The notes under the pieces were generated by a model. The model worked only from the letters and a program-made list of their open reading frames with translations. It was not told the origin of the DNA and searched no databases. This document shows, in pieces, positions 38,249 through 51,000 of a stretch of 64,000 bases of DNA (the stretch's first letter is position 1; each line of letters starts with the position of its first letter). The DNA is from Lingula anatina. Its lineage: Eukaryota; Animalia; Brachiopoda. The translations under genes and the position numbers were made by a program. The stretch is from assembly GCA_051362555.1 (NCBI GenBank), contig CM120644.1, forward strand, positions 6,642,954-6,706,953. Reading direction: 5' to 3'.

Positions 38249-41200
38249 TGATATGGAAAGAAACATGTGGGCACAATCCACTTAACTGTATGGGTAATAT
38301 TACCACAATAACCACATACTATCAATGTGCATATTAAAGATACGCTCCTTAATGCATGTGTTTGTAAATCCCCCAAGTTATATTTTAGCCTGAAAAGCTT
38401 CTTATATTTCCAAATTCAGATATTGAAGACAATAAAATCATTTAAATAAAAGTTTATCTGAAGCGTAATTAGTGTCGTTATTATTTTCTCAGCTTTGTCA
38501 GATAGCCATTGACAGCTCTCAACGTCTGTATTTACACACCACAAGGCCGCGATACAGTTATTTAGAAAAATCATTTTGAATAAAAAATGGTATAAGACAG
38601 GGACTTGTCCAACAGTGATTTATGAGAAAAAAAAAGAAAAACTCTTTTTTAAGGAAAATTCATTTTGGCGGGTAAATCTTGTCGAGAGTGCCTTAAAAGA
38701 CACATATTGGACGTAAGGACCTCATGAGGCAAAAGTGTCATTTTCCTGAAGTTTCCAATCCTTTTCTCCTTAATGAACAAGGACGTACCACATCCAAACA
38801 TTTTCACAAAATTAGGATCCATAAACCTGTGTGTATGTCTAAGTTCTAGTTTTTGACCCAATCTCTTAATGGAGATGAAAACTGGTGAATTTCACTCATG
38901 ACAGTCAAAATTAAATTGCTAATAAAGAAGAAATTTACCCAAATTCACGGAGCTTTTCCTTTGTAAAATAAAGATTAAAAGCATGAAAGCATTAAAGTAT
39001 TACATCAATTTTAAAATGCATTTCGCAAATCTTTATATAGAATTTGAAATTGAAAAACAATGCGAAATCAAGGTACAACGGTGACAGGTTATTCACAATA
39101 ACTTTCCTATTTTAGGTTTAATGTTACTGTTATTTGGCGAAATGGCACACATTTGCATTCGGTCCTTAACCCTCTACCTGGGTCATAGAGAGTTTTGCGC
39201 CGTATATTCACAGATATTTAAGTGGCTTATCTTATACAAATCACTCTACTATGAGAATTTTGGCGTCGTCGCCCTGTTAGCATCTGGAAGACAGTTTCAG
39301 TCCTTTACGGCAGGGTGGATGATAGCCCGCGGGTGGCATGTTGCGTGAGGGCGCAAGCACGCAAGCAAACATTGATCGAGTAATTGTCAGTAAGAAGATT
39401 AAAATCAGCACTGGGATATATGAAACCTCTCATCATATTATTCTGTTGAAAAGGATGAACTCTGAACTGCCAGAAGGGAATGAGTAGCTTCGGGAAGTGA
39501 AAGCGATAGAGGGTGAGAGTTGATGTAAAATAAAAATAAAGAAATCCGAGAAATTTTTATGGGTAAAAGAAGCAAATCAACCAGATGATGAAAACAGTCG
39601 ATTTCAGAGAACGGCGTACTCTTCAAACTCAAATGAGACAAATGTACATACTCAAAAAATCAAGCAGAATTCAGCACGGACTTACCTTTGCAGTATTCAT
39701 CTTGAATGTCATAAACGTCTGCCTGAAATGCATGATGTGCGTCTTAATACCTATCCTCCTGATTATGCAAATTACCTACGTCATTGATATCATCCCTGTT
39801 CTTTGGTTAGATGAATCATCACACCAAGTCCAATTCAATTCCAATCTGCATGTGTCACATTGACATGGCTTTTTAAAAGTAAATACATTGAACTCCACGG
39901 TTCGCATAACATGGAGATTTTGAGACGGTAAATTATGTTGGGATAGCACCGATCAGAATGAAGAAATCCGTTCCGCAAGATTTTCTGGAATTAAACGATA
40001 ACTGGAGTTCTGAAAAGCGCAGTATATGAACTACCAGTACAATAGTTCACTTGTACCATTTATCGGATTTACGTTGCACGTGATAAAAAATGAAATTGTT
40101 TTTCAAAAAGGATATCTTGTAATATATGCTGACAGTAAACACACATTTGTTCCGTTCACACTGTTTCATGTATGTTGACGAGTACTTGTTAACGTCCCCA
40201 AAACATTTGATTTTCTATCCTCAGACCATTCGCCCTTCTGCCTGTTAACACATCCTCACTCAGAAAAGACCTACTTGACTGCACCTGCACCCATATTTAC
40301 GGGGTGTATTCCAAATATGAATGATTTACTTTTAACAGGAGCATATAAAATGTTGCAATCATGACATGGACCGCATGTGCTAGTTGTTTGTGATTTCACC
40401 ACTTTATTGAATAAAAGCAGAATTTACATACACTTAACAAACCGATCATAAATCGAATATTTTAGATGGAAAACAACGACGAGGAAGCACCCACGTTATT
40501 AATACATATTAAACTATACGAAAAATAAATAATGTCCCCAATAAAAGCCCTATTCTCAAAACCATGGGTGTAATTTCCGTGTCGTAATAACATGACGACC
40601 ACGCTGCAGCCATGTTTTAGCATAGAAACTAAGGGACGTAGTGATCAACTTTCCTCAACATGAACACTTCAAGGTGACCTTTTAAGACTTCATTTCATCT
40701 TCATTTCAAGCTGATACAACACGTGAAATAAAAAGCCAGATGCTGATCACTACTTATATAAAATTAAAGAGCACTTCAAAGGCTTTCTGCTGGCATGCAT
40801 TGCTTCGACATTTAAAATATGTATTAACTTTCGGTAACACTGGAAACCCGTCCATCTCTCTGGAAAACAGAGTTTATCATATTCTCAATACAAATGTGTC
40901 ACTCATTAAACTTTACTTACAAGTACTACCGTTTTTAAAGACTAGCATCACTCGATTACAAAACTGTGACAACAATATACCAGTAAAGTTTAGGAGTTGA
41001 TGTTTTTAGTCATCCAGTCAAATTATGGCTCATTCCCATATTGGTCTGCTTAGATCGATCAAACTCTATGGGGACTCCTGCGGAGTGCAATTGATTTAAC
41101 AGATTAACACGCCTCCTACTGTTTTCCGACGCACTCGTATAATCGCCAGCTTTTCTGTATTCTACTCATTGCCAAGAGGGGGCATGTTAATCTGTTAATT

Positions 41201-42109
41201 GGATCGATATATAAATCTATGTAGAACGATGGTGCCTATGGGAAAGAGCCCTTAGAATCATACGAATCATATCATATGGATCAATCGAAATCTGGAACTT
41301 AAAATTTACGGCTACCCGGCGTTGTAGTCTCACCCGTGTACTGTATGTCACACAGTGAGGTGACCAGTCCATCTATATAATTTCCAAGTGAAAGGTCTCA
41401 GGCTGTCACCAGAACGGTGGTTAGTCGTTAAACATTAGTTCCAGAATCCGATTGATACATATACCTGATACCAGGACAGTGTATCTCGACTCTCTGATCT
41501 ACATTAAATAGGAGCGGGCACAAATAATAATTTACGTCTGCCTAGTTGAAGTTTACAATGGTCTATCAGCCATGAATCCTGGATACCAGACTATCAACCT
41601 CTTTTTCATTCTGTGCTCGTAAAAACTTTGACATTTTTATACTTAAATATTTGATATGTTTTTGAGGTAGCATTTTATCTGCAAGTGTAACACTAGCTGA
41701 TTGAATCAACACATAATATATATCATTAAGATGTCCAATTTGAAGCAGAAAATACATATCCAATTCACATATTGCAGAGTTTCCCTTCCACCCTGTTCTA
41801 TTTTCAGTACATGGTTAAACATCTAAATCTAGCTAATGCTATTTTCTACAGTTTAAAGTTTCACACAAATATATAGGTTATTTGATTAAATGAGGTTTTA
41901 AAAACACTATGAATGCGCCAGCATATTAGAGTACGCAGCATATTATAGTACGCAGGAGGGTTTCTGGTTGCCCTCTATTCTGTGGCGCGAGAATTGATTT
42001 AGACATAAATTTAAGCTGTGACCCTAGTAGAAGGTAGTATCTGGTCTCAGCCGTTGTTTTCTTAGTCTGTCAACCGTGATGTTGTACTATTTAGTCACAC
42101 ATCTGCCAG

Positions 42110-45100
42110 TTAGTCTAGAAGACAAATATCAGCGACGGAGGCTCCAACTGGGTACCGACCTAAAATGAAGTAAGGCAGTTGTTCACTTTCGTTGTTTGAC
42201 GGAATTTCAAAGGTAGGAGGTATTTCAAAGTAAACGTTTTCTTCAGAGTAACCTATATAAACTTTTAGTTACATTTTCTTACACATACACAAACCAAAAG
42301 CAAAAATAATCTCTGTCAGCAGAAGACATTACGGCAAACACATTGTGTCTATTTTATCTTATTTATTTATTTATTGTTATTTTGAAAACCGATACTGTTT
42401 CTTATTTACAGTCGTTGTTGTGTTCACGTTTATCAGACAATCTAGAAGATATACCTATTCTGCTGTGGAACATTTCCCGTCCAATTTTTAGATATTTTCG
42501 ACACAGTTCTGCATACGCGCCGGAAGCCTTGTATTGCTCAAATGCTTTATTCCACCAATCAAGAGCTGCGCTCCCTTTTTTGGTCATCAAAGCTGCACCG
42601 GAAACACACTGCATGTTGTGACTGGCGTCAGGTCCGAGTGGATTGATGACGACTAGATCTGGAGTTTCAATGCTGAAAGGGCTGTTAGGAATAAAAATCG
42701 CGTCTGCCTAAATGACAAATAAATAAACAATCAGATAGATAGATAGATAGATAGATAGATATAAAGTAGTGAATACATTTCCTTGTCGATAAGGCTTTTG
42801 AAAAAATAAGCATAGTTGTAGGGCATCATCGCATGGCTTGAATGTGAAATATTTACAACATTTCAACTAAACTTACTTGCAGGAAATATCGTTACAGAGA
42901 GAAGGTTCTGATCATGAAATTCTAGTATTACAAAATTTATAAAATGACCTTTTCATTTAGATACGTTTTTCAGATTTAATAAGAACGATGGACACTGAGC
43001 TTTATTCGCTTGTGCCATACCTTTCCAGTTTGAAGGTATTCAACTCCCTCTTCATGTCCTGATACGTAGACTACTTGGAAACCGGTCACTCCATGGGCCC
43101 GAAGACATTCGGGTGTGGCCATTAGACCATCCATAAAAGCTGGAAAAAATACATAAAATATTCGAATGCATATGTACCTAAGGACGTCTACTGAAAAGAA
43201 TGAAAATGTTTCAATATATGGGTACTCTCAAATTTTTAAGTTTACAATAAGTTGTCATTAACCATTACGTACATAAAGATTTTGAATAGTTTTATATTCT
43301 TAACACTGAATTCTTTTTTAAGTTTTGGCAGATTATTATTTAAAGAAAAAATGGCTTCATGCTTACCAGTGATATATATTATTATGTTGTTACGAAATGT
43401 GACAGGTGAGATGTGCAGCATTGTACCAGAGAAAATATCTCAAGATATCACACTAGAATAATTGAAAGCTGTGAAAATAAAGTTTGATTACCCAGCTTCA
43501 TTTTTCGTTTATCAAAGCACCCACCTACAGTTTTACCACTGACATCAGGAGTCTGAAGCAGCGTGCTGTTGGGAAGAACCAACATGTTGGAGTGGAGAGG
43601 TTCGAATGGCTTCGAAAAGGCAACCTGTCGCAGCCTTTCCTTATTGATTCCCCATCCTAGGCAACCATCAAACCATTCTCCCATAAGGCCTGGAGATTAT
43701 AACAAGCAATTACAACATAAAGAAAAGAATCAATATAATTCTTTGGATAGAATATGGAAATGAAATATGCAAGCTAATCTCCCCACAGTCTTATTATACC
43801 AAAAATTACCATTAACTTAGAATTGATACAAAAACCTCTTCGAATGATTTTCTGCTTTTTCTCTTATCGAACTGTTCTATTATTATTAAACTGTGCAAGA
43901 GCTTTGCCACGGTAAAATCCCCAAACTGGTGGCGAGTGACTCTGCCGAAGTCTCCCGTTGGGGCTCTGCAGCCGGTAAAATCACCAATACCGCTTCGCTT
44001 TCGGGGCGGGGGAGGGGGGGCTAATGAAAATTATTTAATATTTAACGTATTTTTGTCAATTTTCATTAGGGGATTTTAACATGACTATTTGTTAAGAGAG
44101 AGAGAGAGAGAGAGATTTCTCTATTTACCTTCTCCTGCGTTCAATTCTCCTCTGGGGCCAGACTCCATGCAGGACCTTAAGGGCATAGTAGTGGTCTCAC
44201 AGCGTTTTCCAGCTAACTTGCATACTGGAAGCATTCGTTTTATACCGTATACAGATCTATTTAAACAAAAAGAACAAAGAGAGAGAAAGAGAAACGATAG
44301 AGGGAAGGGAATTCCAGGAAGATTTAGCAAAGTTTTGTTTGAAAAATATGCTATAAATCAAAAATATTTGTTGAACTTAAGCCAAAGACAGAAAAAATCT
44401 CGTCCCACCTTCAGTGAGCAATTCTTTATTAAGCCCCGCATAATGCCCTGCATCGTCTCTAAAAAATATTCAACAATTTGACATTAATACATGTAGGTCA
44501 CCGTACAACTTGGATCAATGCTATTTTCACATGGACGTTTTTTTTTTCTCGCATACAAATGAATGTCGACAAAAGGCAAAACAATTGCGTAAGTGAATTA
44601 TAAAAAATTACAAGATTCAAATCTTTTAATATAGTGTTAAAATATATAGTTGGTAAGTCATAAAATAGAGTCTGTGTAGATTTTCTATTAAAAAAGAAAG
44701 AATTAAATAGATTATAAAAGAACTTACAAGCAAGCAAACCAAAAGAGCATACTGTATGAGCAACATGATATAACCAAAAAAATAAAAAATGGGGGAAAAA
44801 AGGAAAAAAAAAAACGCTCACATATAACTGAGTGGTGAAGGGAACACCGGCGTTTGGAACACCCAAGTCTGAAATATAGAAAGATATCGGTTAGTCCAGC
44901 AGTGATATGGCATTTGGACGTCAGAATGCCAGATTGAATAATATGAGCTCATTTAAACCATGCCAAAAATTATACTAATAATAAATGGCTCAATATGTTG
45001 TCCAATAAGACTCTGAAATTAAAGACTGACCGGTAATAAAACAGCAACATGTATATGTTAACGATAAGTCAATCAAAGTGCCTGTATATCGCATTATGTA

Positions 45101-46637
45101 GCTGATTCACTGGCAAGTCACAGATTTTCCTAAAAGAGGGGCGGGATTTGTGGAGAATCTAACTGCTCCGATTCACTTGACAAATATAAAGCAGTGGGCA
45201 AGAGCCATTTTTCAAAATTTAAAATTGTGTTACACAATAACGTTTAACTATAATAACATTTAACTATGATACACCACATAAAGCAAGACATATGCTTTTT
45301 CTTCACTTTTTAACTGGTGCAAAGAAATTTTGTGCGGTAAACGGTACGTTAAGGTCTAGTCTATGTATTATTCATAAATTGCTTTTATTGCTCCACTTAA
45401 ATCTCTTAATGCCTGTTTGAAGTATATAAAGTTAAGTTATGCACGATTGCTTAAAAATGAAACCCCCCAAAAACTAATTTATCGTAAATGTTAGCACATA
45501 ACTGAAAACTTGTACTGGGATAAGCTACATTATAGGTTATAATGAGTACTTAAAAAATTGTAATTGCATTTTTGAAATTCAGTCTATTTATCTATGTTAT
45601 TCTCTATTGTATATAGAACAATAACGTGGTTAAATTGCCCTTAGTGTTACCTCAGGCCTACCCAACTACCAGACTTGGCACATAAGGATCCTGAATTAAC
45701 CGGCATGTCGGACCACACTACCCGTTTTCAAGGTGTGTGTCAGATCGCATTTTGGAGTATCATACCCCAGAACAATTTTTGTAGTACGACCGCGGGTTCA
45801 TCCTGTCGGAGTTCTGACTGATACTCCGAAATGCGATCTGACACACACCTTGAAAACGGGTAGTGTGGTCCGATATGCCGGTTAATTCAGGATCCTTATG
45901 TGCCGAGCCTGGTAGTTGGGTAGGCCTGTACCTTTTCAGCTTGAGGTGCGCACGCAGGCTCTTTCTTGCAAGGGGGACACACGGGACGTCTGCACCATGA
46001 CCACTGGAAACCAGCCGCACCTTGGCCGAGAATAGCAAACAGGAAAGAAAATGTGGCAACCTAATAAAATGAAGGAAAGATTCAAAAATTCAACACGATT
46101 TAAACAAATACATATTTGCAAACAGTTTTTGCGCATTTTCGGCATGTTAACAGGGAAACGTAAAATCAATATAGCTATATTTATACATTAATGATACTAG
46201 CTTGACGTTACCAGTTTTCAATAAAATATTTATTGAAAAACCATAAACACCCAGTCGTTGTTCGCGCTCAAGCAAAATGGCGCAATACTTTTGTCAACGC
46301 CCTGTACAATAACTTTGTAATAGACTACTAGCGGACCATGCATCTACCCAAAATATACCGACGCATTGTTTCTGTTCGTGGCATTATATATTAGCTGCAT
46401 ATCTACGATGATGCAACAACGAACAGAGAGCAGATTTTTAACTCTTCGTTAACCACGTGGAATTATTTGTCCATGTTGCCATGGTTTCCTGCGATTTATT
46501 CGAAGGAACCGTCGCTGAAAATGCCTCTTCGTAAATGTTTAGAGATAATCCAAGTCTTTCTTTGAAAAATTTCAGTTTACGAGCTTAGAATAACAATATA
46601 TACCAACAGCTGCCTCGCTTACCTCGAGTGTTCTCAT
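42110..46637 (-). CDS. Secreted solute-binding protein family 3 protein, paralog B (~307 aa)
   Basis: Exons 46637-46623, 46060-45932, 44868-44822, 44458-44409, 44224-44129, 43689-43525, 43139-43021, 42707-42455, 42159-42110 total 924 nt. Exons 3-9 have the same lengths as in paralog A (47, 50, 96, 165, 119, 253, 50). MRTLEVATFSFLFAILGQGAA..VCKLAGKRC..GINKERLRQVAFSKPF..DICLLD*. Confidence 0.85.
45653..45928. mobile_element. 276-bp long-TIR MITE, 5-bp TSD tacct, at the exon 2 donor of paralog B
   Basis: ~110-bp near-perfect inverted arms caggcctacccaactaccag...ctggtagttgggtaggcctg. tacct at 45648-45652 and 45929-45933. Confidence 0.9.
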
Positions 46638-46837
46638 GCTTCCTTTTTTCTTTAATGACTTGGCAATGTGACTAAAGTTTCTTCTCATACCCCTTCATCG
46701 TTCCGTTTGGCTTGGCACACCATAAAACTCTAATATAGACCCTTTCTTTCTCGAATAATTCTTCACGGACGCTTCTGTTGCCTTGGGAGTAAAATTATGA
46801 CAGTGTGGTGGACCGCAATTACATGTACAAGATAACC

Positions 46838-46872
<35 letters not shown>

Positions 46873-47710
46873 AGTTTCATATATTTCAGATTGCCTGCCT
46901 TTTCAGAATTCTGTACTATTACACATCTGAGGGATTCTTGACTATTTCCAAAAGAGCTTAACCGCTGACTTTTGTGTAGGTTACTTTCATTTTTTCCTCC
47001 ATTTTATATTGAGGATAGGCCCTCATTATCCGTGTCAAGTTGAACATTTATATGTATATATCTACGATAATGATGGGGTGCGTATAAACGCATTACTTCC
47101 CGCGCAACGCCAGTCTCCAAACATGGTCATCAAAGTTAGGTTCATGACGTACACGAGGCCTTGTTTGAGAAAGAGTATTCCTAGATAGATTCTTTTTTAA
47201 CAATGACTTTGTTTTGAGCTGAAATTTAGTTTGGTATCACCTACGACGTGAAAGAGCACAGTGTGACGATTTCAGTTTAAGCAAGCCCCTGAGAAGAGGG
47301 AATCACTAAAAAACGTTCAAATGAGTTAAAGCTGTTGCGCTCTCCATTCAAGCAATTGCAACCATGTGAATTTTGAGAAAGACAACATACTTGTCAAACA
47401 ATTCCGCCGAGAGGATACATTTTTTTTTCTTATGAACGGGGTTTACAGACGGTGTGACGCGATGCCAAAGCGGAAAAGCTACCGAAACAATATCATGTTT
47501 GGTCGCTTTTATAGATAAGACTGCCCGGACCGTAACTAGCCAGATGATTTCTGATGCTTTCATTTTCATTTTGGTTTATAGAGAGATTACGCCTGACTTC
47601 ACCTGGGAAGTTATCGAGCACGACGAGAGCTAAAGTGGTTCACACTTTGGCAGCTTTGGAATTGAGTAGTCTTTGCCATTTCTAATGGCTACTGTGTAAT
47701 TGCCCCGGGT

Positions 47711-48051
47711 CAGGCGGTGGAAACGCGCTACTTATATGATTAAGACGAGCCTAGCCGTCAGTACCGGATATTGTTTTGTGACCTTGAGGAGCAATTAGGT
47801 TTGGTCTCTGCGGCACGCATGAACAGTAGTCGAACTACCACACCTGGGTCTTTTGTTTTTGACAACTGTTCACTCGTCATCGAGGCGCTTGTTCAAGACT
47901 ATAGGCTGATATCTACTAGTGCTACCAGTGGCTTCATTAGTAACGTTCCCACAATACTTGGTTTTCTGTCTGTGCGTACATACCTTGAAAAAAGCCAGCC
48001 TCGCTGACGAGAACAATGGACGTTTCTCACCCCTCTCTAGGATAACCCCTG
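47711..48051. mobile_element. 341-bp segment with CAGG...CCTG ends and 7-bp direct repeat, unique to the first satellite monomer
   Basis: cccgggt|cagg...cctg|cccgggt. Later monomers read cccgggt-actgtagg at this site. Confidence 0.6.
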
Positions 48052-51000
48052 CCCGGGTACTGTAGGACAATATGAACAGTCTTGAGAAGCAGGGCCCTAG
48101 AGGAGGGGATGTCATTAAAAAAACAACAAAATGTAACATTGGGTAAAGCAAAAGCGGTGACGTGACTTTCGAAAAACACATTTTTTTAAATATTATTTTG
48201 CTGGTAATTCCACCGAGAAGACACCACCCTGAGACGAAAGGGCAGTATGACGTCCATGGCGCCATGCCGAGTTAGCTATAATGATTCAATTCAAGTTTAA
48301 TTTGTTGCAGAGCTGGAAAATTATAGTGATCAATGGCCATCCCCGCCTAGGCATCATTTTAAGATCCTTTAAATGAAGGGTAAGGAAGTGTTATCGACGA
48401 GGCAGACATTTTGAAAAAGACCAGCAAAAGTTGTTGTCAAATCGATCTCTTCTGCGAAACTATACCGGCTTTTAATGCAAAAGGTAATTTGCCGGGACCG
48501 ACGAGAGCGTGCATTTGTTTACGCGCCTTCCCGATTAGGTGACCAGCTCGTATCCGAGGGGAAGGTTACATGCCTCGGGATTCGAACTCGTGAATAGTCG
48601 TGACTCGTTACCATGGTAGATAATTGGTTTGGATCTTTTTTAACAGCCTTGCACGCTACCGATTGCGCCGTGAGTAACCCGCCCACCCTCCGTGGGTACG
48701 AGTTTCCTCTTATGGTAACCAAAGCAAAATTTTGAAAATGATTGCCTGCAACAAAATTGGAGGTGCACGTTCTAGTACTCGAACCTACGAATGTGTCCAT
48801 AGCAGCGTCCCAGTCATCGGAGTTACCACGGAACCGCGGAAGCTTCGTCGAAAAACTTGAGATCAAATGCAAACCTTCTGCCTTGTAATGAAGAGGGACA
48901 GTTTGGTGTCACCTACGACGTGAGAGAGCACAGTGTGACGATTTCAGTTTAAGCAAGCCCCTGAAAAGAGGGAATCAATGAAAAACGTTCAAATGTGTTA
49001 AAACTGGTGCGTTTTCCATTCAACAATTGCAACCATGTGAATTTTGAGAAAGAGAACATATTTGGCGAACAATTCCGCCGACAGAATACTTTCTTTTCCT
49101 GCTTAACGCAGCTTACATGCGGTATGACGTGGTGCTAAAGCGGGAAAGCTACCGAAATAATATCAAGTTTGGTCGCTTTTGTTGATAAGACTGCCCGGAA
49201 CGTAACTAGCCAGATGATTTCTGATGCTTTTATTTTCATTTTGGTTTACAGTGAGATTACGTCTGACTTCACCTGTGAAGTTATCGAGCACGACGAGAGC
49301 TAAAGCGGTTCACACTTTGGCAGCTTTGGAATTGAGTAGTCTTTGCCATTTCTAATGGCCACAGTGGAGTTGCCCCGGGTACTGTAGGACAATATGAACA
49401 ATCTTGAGAAACAAGGCCCTAGAGGAGGGGATGGCATTACAAAAAACAACAAAATGTAAGATTGAGAAAAGCAAAAGCGGTGACGTGACTTTCGAAAAAA
49501 AAATTAATTATTTTGCTGACAATCCCAGCGAGAAGACAGGTCTCTGAGATTAAGGGCAGTATGACGTGTATGGCACCATGGCGGGTTAGCTATAATGACT
49601 CAATTCAAGTTTGATCTGTTGCGTAGCTGGTAAATTATAGTGATCAATGACCATCCCCGCCTAGGCATCATTTTAAGATCCTTTAAATGAAGAGTAAGGA
49701 AGTGTTATCAACGAGGCGGACATTTTGATAAGGACCAGCAAATGTTGTTGTCAAATCGATCTCTTCTGCGAAACTATACCGGTTTTTAATGCAAAAGTAA
49801 TTTGCCGGGACCGACGAGAGCATGCATCGTGACTACTCGTGACTCGTTACCATGGTAGATGAATGGTTTGGATCTTTTTTGACAGCCTTGCACGCTACCG
49901 ATTGCGCCGTGAGTAACCCGCCCACCCTCCATGGGTACGAGTTTCCTCTTATAGTAACCAAAGCAAAATTTTAAAAATGATTTCCTGCAACAAAAATGGA
50001 GGTGCACGTTCTAGTACTCGAACCTACGAATGTGTCCATAGCAGCGTCCCAGTCATCGGAGTTACCACGGAACCGCGGAAGCTTCGTCGAAAAACTCGAG
50101 ATCAAATGCAGATTTTCTGCCTTGTCATGAAGAGGGCCAGTTTGAATGCACATGCAAATGTCCGAAATTCCAATCGGTAGCCCTTGTACCGTAAAAATGA
50201 ATTTCATCCCGCACAACGATTTTCCCCGAAAATTGTATTATCATTGAACGTTGAAGTAGATGGCTGAGAAGCCAACACGGAGTTTTCCCACATAGATTCC
50301 TTTTTTCACTATGACTTTGTTCTGAGATGAGATTTAGTTTGGTATCACCTACGACGTGAAAGAGCACAGTGTGACGATTTCAGTTTAAGCAAGCCCCTGA
50401 AAAGAGGGAAACATTAAAAAACGTTCAAATGTGCTAAAGCTGGTGCGTTTTCCATTCAAGCAATTGCAACCATGTGAATTTTGAGAAAGAGAACATATTT
50501 GGCGAACAATTCCGCCGACAGAACACTTTATTTTTCTGTCAATCCCCATTTTGCTGACAATCCCAGCGAGAAGACATCACTCTGGGACGAAAGGGCAGTA
50601 GGACGTCCGTGGCGCCATGCCGAGTCAGCTATACTGACTCAATTCAAGTTTGATCTGTTGCGTAGCTGGTAAATTATAGTGATCAATGACCATCCCCGCC
50701 TAGGCATCATTTTAAGATCCTCTAAATGAAGAGTAAGGAAGTGTTATCGACGAGGCAGACATTTTGATAAGGACCAGCAAAAGTTGTTGTCAAATCGATC
50801 TCTTATGCGAAACTATACCGGTTTCTAATGCAAAAGGTAATTTGCCGGGACCGAGGAGAGCGTGCATTCGTTTTCGCGCCTTCCCGATCACGTGACCAGC
50901 TCGTATCCGAGGGGAAGGTTACATGCCTTATCTGGGATTCGAACTCGTGACTACTCGTGACTTGTTTCCCTGGTAGATGATTGGTTTGCATCTTTTTTAA

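Noticed and set aside
32756-46637. Ionotropic glutamate receptor fragments or bacterial contamination
   Set aside because: Both binding lobes are contiguous with no membrane segments before the stop. Eight spliceosomal introns per gene exclude contamination.
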